In this document: positions 28,264 to 37,475 of the stretch, one piece after another
Layout: each line of letters begins with the position of its first letter
Numbering within the stretch: position 1 is the first letter of the stretch
From: Bryobacterales bacterium
GTDB lineage: Bacteria > Acidobacteriota > Terriglobia > Bryobacterales > UBA6623
Length of the DNA stretch: 64,000 bases
Reading direction: 5' to 3'
NCBI GenBank assembly: GCA_040902925.1
Contig: JBBDWJ010000244.1
Location: 20,795 to 84,794, forward strand
The notes under the pieces: model-generated
Databases searched by the model: none
Told to the model about the DNA's origin: nothing
What the model saw: the letters and a program-made list of their open reading frames with translations, nothing else
Program-made: the position numbers and the translations under genes

Positions 28264-29058
28264 ATGAAGCTATACCTCGATCTTTTGGCCGACATCCTAG
28301 CCAACGGTGCGCTCAAGGGAGACCGTACGGGAACCGGCACACGAAGCGTTTTCGGACGCCAACTGCGTTTCGATCTGCGGGCTGGATTCCCGCTGCTGAC
28401 CACCAAAAAGGTGCACACGCGTTCGATCATCCACGAGTTGTTGTGGTTCATCCGGGGGGAAACCAACGTCCGCTATCTCAACGAGCACGGCGTCAGCATT
28501 TGGGATGAATGGGCCGACGAGCAGGGGGAATTGGGCCCGATCTACGGCAACCAATGGCGGTCCTGGCCGGCGCCCGACGGCCGCACGATTGATCAGCTTT
28601 CCCAGGTGATCGCTGAGATTCGCGCCAACCCCGATTCCCGCCGGCTGATCGTCAGCGCCTGGAACGTGGCGCAGATCCACGAGATGGCCTTGCCGCCGTG
28701 TCATGCGCTGTTTCAGTTTTACGTGGCGGAGGGCGCTCTGTCGTGCCAGCTTTACCAGCGAAGCGCCGACGTTTTCCTGGGCGTGCCGTTCAACATCGCG
28801 TCCTACAGCCTATTGACGATGATGGTGGCGCAAGTGACGGGCCTGGCGCCGGGAGAGTTTGTGCACACTTTCGGGGATGTGCATCTCTACCTCAATCACG
28901 TTGACCAAGCGCGGACGCAGCTTGCCCGCCAGCCGCGCCCCTTGCCGACGATAGAGATCAACCAGGCAGTGTCGAGTATCTTCGACTTCCGCTTTGAAGA
29001 TTTTGATCTCAAAAACTACGACCCGCATCCCGCGATAAAAGCTCCTATAGCCGTATGA
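28264..29058 (+). CDS. thyA: Thymidylate synthase
   Basis: The N-terminus reads [31 protein letters not shown]. The active-site motif is [12 protein letters not shown], and the ORF is 264 aa. Confidence 0.97.
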   Translation: MKLYLDLLADILANGALKGDRTGTGTRSVFGRQLRFDLRAGFPLLTTKKVHTRSIIHELLWFIRGETNVRYLNEHGVSIWDEWADEQGELGPIYGNQWRSWPAPDGRTIDQLSQVIAEIRANPDSRRLIVSAWNVAQIHEMALPPCHALFQFYVAEGALSCQLYQRSADVFLGVPFNIASYSLLTMMVAQVTGLAPGEFVHTFGDVHLYLNHVDQARTQLARQPRPLPTIEINQAVSSIFDFRFEDFDLKNYDPHPAIKAPIAV

Positions 29059-29546
29059 TCCTTTCCTGCATTGCGGCCGTGGCCGACAACGGCGTGATCG
29101 GACGCAACAACGGCCTGCCCTGGCGGCTTTCGGCCGATCTGCGCCGCTTCAAGAAGCTGACCACGGGCCATTGGACGATCATGGGCCGCAAGACATTCGA
29201 GTCGATGGGCGGGCCGCTGCCGAACCGCACCGCGGTCGTGCTGACGCGAAACCGCGGCTACGAAAGGCCGGGAGCAATCGTCGTCGATAGCCTCGATGAG
29301 GCTCTGGAGCGCTGCCAGGGCCAGCAGGAAGTGTTTGTGCTAGGAGGAGAGGCGGTCTTTCAAGAAGCTCTGCCGCGCTCGCAAAAACTCTACCTGACGC
29401 GCGTTCACGCCGAAGTCGAAGGCGACGCGCGCTTCCCTGCGGTGAACTTCGAGGAATGGGAACGCGTCGAGCACGCTTCGCTGCCGGCGGATGAAAAAAA
29501 CGACCACCCCACGACGTACGAGGTATACGTCCGAAAATCAGCCTAG
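29055..29546 (+). CDS. folA: Dihydrofolate reductase
   Basis: The N-terminus reads [49 protein letters not shown]. The start overlaps the thyA stop by 4 nt (ATGA). Confidence 0.93.
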   Translation: MILSCIAAVADNGVIGRNNGLPWRLSADLRRFKKLTTGHWTIMGRKTFESMGGPLPNRTAVVLTRNRGYERPGAIVVDSLDEALERCQGQQEVFVLGGEAVFQEALPRSQKLYLTRVHAEVEGDARFPAVNFEEWERVEHASLPADEKNDHPTTYEVYVRKSA

Positions 29547-29555
29547 GCGAGGTGA

Positions 29556-29577
29556 GGGCCGGTATTTATGCCGGTCC
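29556..29577 (+). terminator. Post-stop hairpin GGGCCGGTA-TTTA-TGCCGGTCC (terminator-like, no U-tract)
   Basis: The stem has 9 bp including G-U pairs and starts 10 nt after the folA stop. A near-identical hairpin core occurs at 62752-62769. Confidence 0.35.
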
Positions 29578-29645
29578 GCCGCTGCGGCGCAATGGCTTCT
29601 TCCCAAACTCCCAGGCTCACAAAACGCAAACGATCACCCTCTGGT

Positions 29646-30893
29646 CTACCGCGGCGCGGCGACCCACGGGAACTGGTTGGTGAACTGATAACCCAAGGCC
29701 GTGTGCGCGTAGTACGCAGCTCCCGCGGCGATCAGCAGTAGCACCAGGATGATCACGGCGTATACCTTGGCCGGCATTTTGCGGCCTTCGCGGCTCAAAA
29801 CCAGCAGGTAGGAAGCAAAGATGCCGACATAGAACAACAGGATCATCGGGCCGGCGAACAGGATCATGTTGAACACGTCGGGCGTCGGCGTGACAGCGGC
29901 GGCCAATACAAAGATGAGCAGAATAGCGTACCGGACGTTGTTCAGCAGGAACGTCGGCGTGACGAGCCGGATCAGGGTCAAAAAGAAGATCACGACCGGC
30001 ATCTGGAAGACCACGCCCAGGCCAAGGATGATCGCGATACCGGTGTTGAAGTAGGAGTCGGCGCTGATCATCGGCTGAATGCCGATGTCGGCCCCCACGC
30101 CGACCATGAAGGCGATCGCGTAGCGCAATGCGATGTAGTATCCGAAAACCCCGCCTAGCACGAACAAAGCTGCCGTGCTGACGACAAAGGGCAGCGCCCA
30201 TCGCCGCTCGCGTTTGTACAGCCCCGGCGCGATAAACGCCCAGGCCTGATACATCAACCAAGGAGCGGCGACAAATATGCCGAACACCAGCGGGACCTTG
30301 AGATAGACCAGGTAGAACGATTCGGAAACCGCGATTTGCGTCAGGTGAAGCGGCGGGTCATAGTTCGCGACGGCCCCCATAAAAGGCTCGGCGACAATCG
30401 TCCAAAGATTCTGCGCAAAGATCAGGCAGACTAGGTAGATTGCCCCCAGGCCGTAAACCGAGTGCAGGATTCGGGTGCGCAGTTCATCGAGGTGCTCGAG
30501 GAACGACATGCGCGACATGCCTTCACCGTCGTCATCCTCGTCGGATCCGTCCCCGCCGGGCGGCGGAGGAGGAGGCGGCGGAATCTGTTTCGATTCGGTT
30601 TTGGCTTTCTCAACCGCTGTCGACGACGCCTTGGACTTGTCGCTATAAGGGTCGTCGTCCTGATAGTCGTAGTCGTCGTAATAGGTGGGTGGCTTTCGCG
30701 GCTCGGTCCCGGACGCCGGTTTGAGCTCAGGTTCGGCGTCAGCGGCCGGCGAATCACTACTCGCTGCGCTGGCGCCGTCCCCGCTGCTCGGGGCGCCTGC
30801 GGAGGCCTCGTCCGGGCTGGGCTCAGACTCCTCCGGCTCAGGCGACGCGCCGCTATAGGGCGCGTCCCCCGGTTTCTGTTCCTCGGAGCTCAT
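29646..30893 (-). CDS. tatC: Twin-arginine translocase subunit TatC with a ~135-aa acidic/Pro-rich N-terminal extension
   Basis: The core begins MSFLEHLDELRTRILHSVYGLG, followed by six predicted transmembrane segments. The ATG at 30893 directly abuts the tatA stop (30894-30896). Codon usage in the extension looks coding. Confidence 0.88.
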   Translation of the reverse strand: MSSEEQKPGDAPYSGASPEPEESEPSPDEASAGAPSSGDGASAASSDSPAADAEPELKPASGTEPRKPPTYYDDYDYQDDDPYSDKSKASSTAVEKAKTESKQIPPPPPPPPGGDGSDEDDDGEGMSRMSFLEHLDELRTRILHSVYGLGAIYLVCLIFAQNLWTIVAEPFMGAVANYDPPLHLTQIAVSESFYLVYLKVPLVFGIFVAAPWLMYQAWAFIAPGLYKRERRWALPFVVSTAALFVLGGVFGYYIALRYAIAFMVGVGADIGIQPMISADSYFNTGIAIILGLGVVFQMPVVIFFLTLIRLVTPTFLLNNVRYAILLIFVLAAAVTPTPDVFNMILFAGPMILLFYVGIFASYLLVLSREGRKMPAKVYAVIILVLLLIAAGAAYYAHTALGYQFTNQFPWVAAPR

Positions 30894-31331
30894 TTACGTG
30901 ATGGCGCCAGATTTGGCTTCCGCGCCGCTGACGCCGTTGTGCGGCTCGTCGGCGGTGGCGGCGCCGTTGGCGTTCTCGGTCTTGCTTGCATCCGCCGTTA
31001 AGGTCTGGCTGCTGGAACTTTCGGTGGAAGAGGACGACGGCTTGGCGGAAGGCGAGTCGTAGTCGGAGTAGTAGTCTTCTCCGGTATCGTCGTAGTAGCT
31101 GGTCTTGACGTCCCGGGTTATTTCGCTGGCGGATTCCTTGACATGGCGGGTCTCCGACTCGATCGTATCCATCTCGCGCTGGAAGGTGCTCTTCAATTCG
31201 TTGGACGCGCGGCGGAACTCCGCCAGCCCCTTGCCGAACGAGCGGCCGAGCTCGGGCAGCTTCTTCGGCCCGAAAATCAGCAGGGCCAGCACGAAGATAA
31301 AGATCATTTCCGTTATGCCGAATGGACCCAT
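30894..31331 (-). CDS. tatA: Twin-arginine translocase subunit TatA/E with a long acidic Ser/Tyr-rich tail
   Basis: MGPFGITEMIFIFVLALLIFGPKKLPELGRSFGKGLAEFRRASNE is canonical TatA. The C-terminal ~90 aa are low-complexity. Confidence 0.92.
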   Translation of the reverse strand: MGPFGITEMIFIFVLALLIFGPKKLPELGRSFGKGLAEFRRASNELKSTFQREMDTIESETRHVKESASEITRDVKTSYYDDTGEDYYSDYDSPSAKPSSSSTESSSSQTLTADASKTENANGAATADEPHNGVSGAEAKSGAIT

Positions 31332-31503
31332 ATAAATACCCTCCCTCGTGCGAGGGACGCCATTGTTGATGATAACGACGCGTCGAACAGGGCGTCAACC
31401 AACGCAGGAGCGGCTCAGAACGTCTGGAACGTGAAAAATCCGGGCTGCCGCCGATCGCTTCCGCAACGGCCACACCCCGTTGCTGCGCGGCCTTCCGCGG
31501 CGG

Positions 31504-32733
31504 CTAGCGGGTTTCCGCCTCGACCCACTTGACGCTGTGGTCGCCGCTGACGGCCAGCGTTTCAGGCGGCGAATCGATCTTGAAGATCGACCACGGCCCC
31601 GGCTGGAAGGGATAACGCTCGATGACGCTCTCGTCGATCGGAACTCCCAGCCCGGGCCCGTTGGGGACGATCAGGTCGCCGTTTTCCATCGCCAGCGGTT
31701 CGGCCAGAATTTCGTCCGCCGCCGGAAAGGCGTACATCCCTGGGCGGCCCTGATTCGAATAACAGGGGTATTCGAGCCACTCGACCACGTCGGCGTCGTA
31801 GCAGACGCCGAGGTGAGCCGCGGCGAGCACCTCCAGGACCGTGCCCCAGCTATGGAAGGCGAAGCGCAGGCCTTGCTGCTTGGTGGCCTCGAACACCCGG
31901 CGGCCCATCTCGAAGCCGCCCTGGCAGCACACATCCATCTGCACCCAGTCGACCGCGCGAGAGTTGATCAGGTCGAGGAACGATTCCTCGTCGGGTTCGT
32001 GCTCGCCGGAAGCCAGCGGAAACGGAATGGTGCGGTGGAACTCGCGGTAGGCTTCGTGATCGTCCGGAGGCAGCGGCTCCTCGAGCCAGGCAGGTTTGTA
32101 GACGGCCATTTTTTGGGCCAGATCCCGGATGGTTTCCAGGCCGTAGCTGCGGTCGCCCATGCGCCACCAGCCGTGGGCGTCGATCATCAGCCCGACGTCG
32201 GGGCCCACCGCGGCGCGCATTTTGGCAAGGGTTTCGAGGTCTTTGTCAGGGCCCGCGGCCGGCCGCATCTTATAGGCGGAAAAGCCCATGGCGGCGATGG
32301 CGGCGGCTTCCTCGGCGTAGCCCTCCGGCGTCATATACATGCCGGCGCTGCCGTAGCACTTGATGCGGTCGCGGCGGCGCCCGCCGGTCAGCTCCGACAG
32401 CGGCGCACCCTCGTAACGCGCCGCCAGATCGATCAGAGCAATTTCCACGGCCCGGTAGGTCTTGATTGTTTCGAGGTCCGCCTGAAAGTCGAAGCTGGAC
32501 CACTGCCGCGGGTCGCGTCCATCGAGAAACGGTCCGATGAAGGAGCTGATTTCCGTCCGCGCGCGCTCGTGGGCAGGGCCCGGCGCATAACCCTTCAAGC
32601 CGTTGTCAGCGGTGACGCGGATCAGCATCGCATCGCGCTTGAGGATGGTACGCTCACCGCCAAAGAACGGCATCACCAGCGGCTCATCGAGCGGGCACGA
32701 CATCAGAAACGCTTCAACCTTCGAAATCTTCAA
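31504..32733 (-). CDS. Enolase-superfamily enzyme (mandelate racemase / muconate lactonizing enzyme family)
   Basis: The capping domain is MKISKVEAFLMSCPLDEPLV...MLIRVTADNGLKGYA. The barrel carries acidic metal ligands (MIDAHGWW, LEEPLPPDD, SGEHE). Confidence 0.8.
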   Translation of the reverse strand: MKISKVEAFLMSCPLDEPLVMPFFGGERTILKRDAMLIRVTADNGLKGYAPGPAHERARTEISSFIGPFLDGRDPRQWSSFDFQADLETIKTYRAVEIALIDLAARYEGAPLSELTGGRRRDRIKCYGSAGMYMTPEGYAEEAAAIAAMGFSAYKMRPAAGPDKDLETLAKMRAAVGPDVGLMIDAHGWWRMGDRSYGLETIRDLAQKMAVYKPAWLEEPLPPDDHEAYREFHRTIPFPLASGEHEPDEESFLDLINSRAVDWVQMDVCCQGGFEMGRRVFEATKQQGLRFAFHSWGTVLEVLAAAHLGVCYDADVVEWLEYPCYSNQGRPGMYAFPAADEILAEPLAMENGDLIVPNGPGLGVPIDESVIERYPFQPGPWSIFKIDSPPETLAVSGDHSVKWVEAETR

Positions 32734-32835
32734 ACGGACCTCCTGATTACTTGGACTGCAGTGCTTGGCTGGCGCCAGGCTAGCAAGAGGATTAGCCTCT
32801 GTTTACCGGAATTCGACACGGCCTGGTTGGACGCT

Positions 32836-33705
32836 TCACGCCTCAGGCTTTGTCCTTGCGGCTCCTCGTTGCACGGCCAGGACTCGCTCCCAGCCGGCCA
32901 GATCGCGGTAAACGCTGGGTTTCTCCCACGCCGCGCCATCGAACATCGGCTTGACCGCCGCCGAGGTATTATAGCCGACCTCCAACAGCAGCCATCCGCT
33001 GGGCCGCAGCAGGTCACAGACCGTGGCGCTGAGCCGCCGGTAGGCATCCAGACCGTCCTCTCCTCCAAATAAAGCCAGGTGCGGCTCATAGTCACGGACT
33101 TCCTTCTGTAGGGAGGACATGTCCATCGACGAAATATATGGCGGATTACAAACAATCATGTCGAGGACGCCTTTTTTAAACGCTTCGGACAGGTCCGCCT
33201 GGACCAGGGGAAGATCCAAGCTCAGACTGCGGGCGTTATCTCCGGCAACCGACAGCGCGGCGCGGGAAACGTCGCAAGCGAAGACCCTGGCCCCGGGAAG
33301 ATGCCCCAGGATCGCCAGCGCCACCGCTCCCGAGCCGGTACCAATGTCAAGGATGCAGTCGCCTGCGGACGCACGCGCCAGGGCCTGCTCCACGAGCAGC
33401 TCCGTCTCCGGCCGCGGAATCAGAACATCGGGCGTGACGCGGAACGGCAGGCCGTAAAACTCCTGGCTGCCCGTAATGTACTGGGTCGGCACGCCGCTGC
33501 AGCGGCTTTCCATGTCGGCCTGAAAGCGGGCCGCTTGCCCGGGGTCGAGATCATCGCCGGCGTGAGCGTAAAGAAAGGCCTTGTCGCGCCCAAGCGCGGC
33601 GCACAACAGCACTTCGGCCGTCAGGCGGGGCTCGCCCACATGGGCTTGTTGGAGCGTCGCGACGGCTTGCTGCAGGGCCTTCGAGATGGAGATTGGGGGT
33701 CCCAT
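32836..33705 (-). CDS. prmC: Release-factor glutamine N5-methyltransferase
   Basis: The SAM motif is ILDIGTGSGAVALA and the NPPY motif is IVCNPPYIS. The gene lies downstream of prfA. Confidence 0.92.
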   Translation of the reverse strand: MGPPISISKALQQAVATLQQAHVGEPRLTAEVLLCAALGRDKAFLYAHAGDDLDPGQAARFQADMESRCSGVPTQYITGSQEFYGLPFRVTPDVLIPRPETELLVEQALARASAGDCILDIGTGSGAVALAILGHLPGARVFACDVSRAALSVAGDNARSLSLDLPLVQADLSEAFKKGVLDMIVCNPPYISSMDMSSLQKEVRDYEPHLALFGGEDGLDAYRRLSATVCDLLRPSGWLLLEVGYNTSAAVKPMFDGAAWEKPSVYRDLAGWERVLAVQRGAARTKPEA

Positions 33706-33791
33706 CGGTGTCGCGGGTTAGGACCGTTGCGAGGTCTCCGGAACCGACCCCGGGAGCCCGCCGGGCGCCGTTCCAAACGCCGGGGACGCCG

Positions 33792-34871
33792 TCAGGCGGC
33801 GTCCAGTCCCTGATTCATTAACTCGGCCTGGAAGTGCGACGACAACGGCTCAACCAGCGGGTCGAGGCGGCCCTCGATGATCTGGTCGAGCTGGTGTAAC
33901 GTCAGGCCGATGCGGTGGTCGGTCACGCGGTTCTGCGGGAAGTTGTACGTGCGGATCTTCTCGCTGCGGTCGCCCGTGCGCACCATGCTGCGGCGTTCCT
34001 CGGCCTGCTTGGCGTGTTGCTTGTCGTGCTCCAGCTCGTAGAGCCGCGACCGCAGCACTTGCAGAGCTTTGGCCTTGTTCTTGATCTGCGATTTCTCGTC
34101 CTGGCAGGAAACCACCAGGTTGGTGGGCAGATGGGTCACGCGGACGGCGGAATACGTCGTGTTGACCGACTGGCCGCCGGGGCCGGACGAGCAGAACGTG
34201 TCGATGCGGATATCTTTGGCGTCGATCTGGATCTCGACCTCATCGACCTGCGGCATCACCGCCACCGTTACGGCCGAGGTGTGAACGCGGCCCTGCGCTT
34301 CGGTCTGCGGCACGCGCTGCACGCGGTGCACGCCGCTTTCGAACTTCAGCTTGCTGTAGACACGTTTCCCTGTGACCAGGGCGATGATTTCGCGGAATCC
34401 GCCGCCTTCCGATTCGCTGCTGGAAATGACTTCCATCTTCCAGCGCTGCAGTTCGGCAAAGCGTGTGTACATCCGGAAAATCTCGGCCGCGAACAGGGTG
34501 GCCTCCGTGCCGCCGGTACCCGCGCGGACCTCGAGCACAGCGCCTTTCTCGTCGTTGGGATCAGTAGGCAATAGCAGCACGCCGATGTCCGACAGCAGGC
34601 CATCCATCTCCTGCTGCAGGCCGGCAATTTCCTGGCGCGCCAGCTCGACCATCTCGCCGTCGGAATCCTGGAGCATCGCCCGCGCCGACTCCAACTCCGC
34701 CGCCTTCGTCTTCCAGACGCGGAACTTTTCGACAACGTCTTCGATCTCGGCGGCGGCCTTGGCGGTTTTCTTGTATTGATCGATGTCCTGAGCCAGGGCA
34801 GGGTTAGCCATTTCCGCCGACAAGTTGTCGTAGCGGCGCTCAAGCTGACTCAGCTTCTCAATAAGTTGCAT
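33792..34871 (-). CDS. prfA: Peptide chain release factor 1
   Basis: A GGQ motif ([23 protein letters not shown]) and a PxT-type RF1 tripeptide region are present. There is no internal frameshift site, as expected for RF1. Confidence 0.96.
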   Translation of the reverse strand: MQLIEKLSQLERRYDNLSAEMANPALAQDIDQYKKTAKAAAEIEDVVEKFRVWKTKAAELESARAMLQDSDGEMVELARQEIAGLQQEMDGLLSDIGVLLLPTDPNDEKGAVLEVRAGTGGTEATLFAAEIFRMYTRFAELQRWKMEVISSSESEGGGFREIIALVTGKRVYSKLKFESGVHRVQRVPQTEAQGRVHTSAVTVAVMPQVDEVEIQIDAKDIRIDTFCSSGPGGQSVNTTYSAVRVTHLPTNLVVSCQDEKSQIKNKAKALQVLRSRLYELEHDKQHAKQAEERRSMVRTGDRSEKIRTYNFPQNRVTDHRIGLTLHQLDQIIEGRLDPLVEPLSSHFQAELMNQGLDAA

Positions 34872-34892
34872 GGGGGGCCTGCCGGAGCAGCG

Positions 34893-35927
34893 TTAAGCGA
34901 TGACCAGCTCGCCGTCTTGCTTCTCTTCGAGCGCCATGGCCCTGGTCAGCGCGTGGATCGAGACTTCCACCTGGTCGTCGGCCGGGTTCTTGGTGGTAAT
35001 GCGCTGCAGCCAAAGGCCCGGCGCCACCATGCCGTTGAACAAGCGGCTCCGGCGGCGGGATGCGAAACGAATTACCTCGTAGCTCACCCCGGCGATCACC
35101 GGTAGCAGCACGATACGCGCCGCGAACTGCATCGCGAAACCCTCGTAGGGAACCAGCGCGTAGACGAGGATGCTCATCAGCATCACGACCATCAGGAAGC
35201 TCGTGCCGCAGCGCGGATGGAAGGTGACAAACTTCTGCGCCTCGGCGATGGTAACCGGCTGGCCCGACTCATAGTTGAAGACAACCTTGTGCTCGGCGCC
35301 GTGGTACTCGAAAACACGCCGGATGTCGCTCAGTCGCGAGATCACTCCCAGCACGGTGAGAAAGATCGCCAGGCGGATCACTCCGTCGACCAGGCTGAAG
35401 GCGAACTGCCCGTCCAGCCAGGTAACCCGCGCCTTGAGCTGACTGGTTAGCACCAGAGGGACAAACTTATAAAGGAACAGAAAAAACCCGAGCGAAAAGG
35501 CGACGTTGAGGGCCATCATCCAGCCCGGTACTTCCGCCGGCTTCTGATTCTCTTTGCTTACCGCTTCTGTGCCCTCGTCGATGGCGTTATCGGCCGAAAA
35601 TTTGAGCGCCTTGATACCCAGGCTCATCGCCTGCCCGAGCGTGCCCAGGCCGCGAATTACAGGCAGCTTCCAGAACTTCGAGACTTCCGAGAGGCGGTGC
35701 GAAACACCCTCCTGCTGGATGATTTCCCCGTTGGGACGGCGCACCGATATGCAATAGCTGTGCGGCGTGCGCATCATGACGCCTTCGATCACCGCCTGCC
35801 CCCCGATCAAAGGGTCATCGCCGCTCTCGAGCACGGGCATCAACTGCAAGTGGGTCGCCAAGCGGAAGAATTGTCGGAGCCTGTTTTTCATGGCAGCGTA
35901 CCGGCCAGTCTGGAGCCAGTTTCTCAT
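34893..35927 (-). CDS. DUF1385 domain membrane protein (conserved prfA/prmC neighbour)
   Basis: IGGQAVIEGVMMRTPHSYCISVRRPNGEI and YHGAEHKVV are family hallmarks. The start is ambiguous (35927, 35891 or 35840). Confidence 0.85.
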   Translation of the reverse strand: MRNWLQTGRYAAMKNRLRQFFRLATHLQLMPVLESGDDPLIGGQAVIEGVMMRTPHSYCISVRRPNGEIIQQEGVSHRLSEVSKFWKLPVIRGLGTLGQAMSLGIKALKFSADNAIDEGTEAVSKENQKPAEVPGWMMALNVAFSLGFFLFLYKFVPLVLTSQLKARVTWLDGQFAFSLVDGVIRLAIFLTVLGVISRLSDIRRVFEYHGAEHKVVFNYESGQPVTIAEAQKFVTFHPRCGTSFLMVVMLMSILVYALVPYEGFAMQFAARIVLLPVIAGVSYEVIRFASRRRSRLFNGMVAPGLWLQRITTKNPADDQVEVSIHALTRAMALEEKQDGELVIA

Positions 35928-35947
35928 TTTACGATAAAATGTGATTC

Positions 35948-36319
35948 ATGCTGAAACGGGTTTTGCAGGCCGTGGGCCGGGCCATATTTTCGAACTACCG
36001 CCGCGGCTCGTGGCAATACGACCTAATCGTAGCGGGCATATTGGCGTTTATCTTCATCGCGCCGCGGTTCATCAACTTCGGCGACCAGCCGCGGCCGCCG
36101 GCCGTTCAACAGATCGAGTCCCTTTCCGACGGCTCCGGGACGCTGCTGTTCTGGGTGGATCCCGATGTGATTGACGGGACCCCGCCCGAGGAGGTTCCCG
36201 GCAAGCTTCGCTTGCTGCTGCGCCAGCGGACCGGCAGGAACCTGGAAGTAGTAGACACCAAGCCGACGACCGACGCCGAAGGCGCCGTCCGGGCTTACCT
36301 CGTCTACGCGCGCCCCTAG
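35948..36319 (+). CDS. Hypothetical small membrane protein
   Basis: This is a 123-aa ORF with one hydrophobic segment (YDLIVAGILAFIFIAPRF). Its composition is coding-like. I recognise no family. Confidence 0.45.
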   Translation: MLKRVLQAVGRAIFSNYRRGSWQYDLIVAGILAFIFIAPRFINFGDQPRPPAVQQIESLSDGSGTLLFWVDPDVIDGTPPEEVPGKLRLLLRQRTGRNLEVVDTKPTTDAEGAVRAYLVYARP

Positions 36320-36428
36320 AGATCGCCCTCGGCCGCCTGCGGCTGCCTGCGGCGAGGACGGCTGCTGCCCACAAAAGCGCAACCCATCTGCTCCGGGGCG
36401 AATCTAGACTTATAGAGGGCCAACCGCT

Positions 36429-37214
36429 GTGGGGAAATTTTCTCCGCGGCCGCGGCCATGGTTGGACAATCGCGGCTTTGATGCGAGTTCACCCGGAGAC
36501 ATCGTGCTGAGACCCCTTGCCGCCATCCTGGTTTTGTCGCTGGCCCCCGCGTCACTGATTTCCACGCTGAGCGCGGCGGTCGATCAAGAAACCGTGCTGC
36601 GCAACATGGATGCGACGGCCGCGAAGTTTCAGGGTCTGAAAGCGAACGTCGAATGGGTTAAATACACGGCGATCGTTGGAGTGAAGTCCGCGGAACAAGG
36701 GGAAGTCATCGCCCGGCGCAACAAGAACAAATCGGTCGACGTGATGATCGAGTTCAAGACGCAGGACGGAAAACCCTACAACTATTTCGTGACCGTCCAG
36801 GGAGCCAAGGCGCAGATCTACCGCCCGCAAATCGCGACGGTCGAGGAATACGACGTTTCGAAGTCGAAGGACCTCATGGACCAGGTCTTGTTGTTGGGTT
36901 TCGGCACCTCCGGGAGCTACCTCGAAAAAAACTACAACGTCACCATCAAAGGCGAGGAGACGGCTGCCGGTGAAGAGACCGTCAAGCTCGAGCTCGTCCC
37001 TAAGTCCGAAGAGCTGATGAAGAAGATTCCGCGCCTGGAAATGTGGGTTTCCAAAAGCAAGTGGCACCCCGTCCAGGAAAAGCTATACGAACAGAACAGC
37101 GGCGACTACCGGCTGCACACCTACACCAACATCGTCTTCAATCCGCCGCTGAAGGATTCTCAGTTTCGCCTCAAACTGCCCGGAAACGTCAAAAAGGTCA
37201 ACCCTCAGAAGTAA
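36429..37214 (+). CDS. LolA-like outer-membrane lipoprotein carrier/sorting protein
   Basis: Signal-like LRPLAAILVLSLAPASLISTLSAA suggests an in-frame GTG start at 36504 is possible. The LolA-like pattern is ...FQGLKANVEWVKY...LELVPKSEELMKKIPRLEMWV...FNPPLKDSQFRLKLP. Confidence 0.7.
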   Translation: MGKFSPRPRPWLDNRGFDASSPGDIVLRPLAAILVLSLAPASLISTLSAAVDQETVLRNMDATAAKFQGLKANVEWVKYTAIVGVKSAEQGEVIARRNKNKSVDVMIEFKTQDGKPYNYFVTVQGAKAQIYRPQIATVEEYDVSKSKDLMDQVLLLGFGTSGSYLEKNYNVTIKGEETAAGEETVKLELVPKSEELMKKIPRLEMWVSKSKWHPVQEKLYEQNSGDYRLHTYTNIVFNPPLKDSQFRLKLPGNVKKVNPQK

Positions 37215-37331
37215 GATCTTCGCTGGAAGCGCGGGCGTGAGCATCGCCCGCGGCGATGCCCTGATCTCGCAATCCCAGAACCCCTGGCATTCGTGAAGAC
37301 ATTCGCGCTCACCACACTTCAGCGATACGTA

Positions 37332-37380
37332 CGCGCTCCTTCTTGCCTGACACGCGCCTTCTTTGCCTGACGCGCGCCTG
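37332..37380 (+). promoter_or_regulatory. Direct repeat CGCGC(T)CCTTCTT(T)GCCTGAC x2 (plus a partial third copy) upstream of the ATP-grasp operon
   Basis: The copies are at 37332-37351 and 37353-37371, then GCGCGCCTG. The repeat lies about 100 nt upstream of the ATG at 37476. A regulatory role is only a guess. Confidence 0.3.
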
Positions 37381-37475
37381 CGCCGCGCTTCAAACTTCCC
37401 TTCCTCCCCTTACAATCGGCGAGCTTGGTACATTGATTCTGCAAAGGGGCGGCCGTTCGCGGTCGAGCAGAACTG

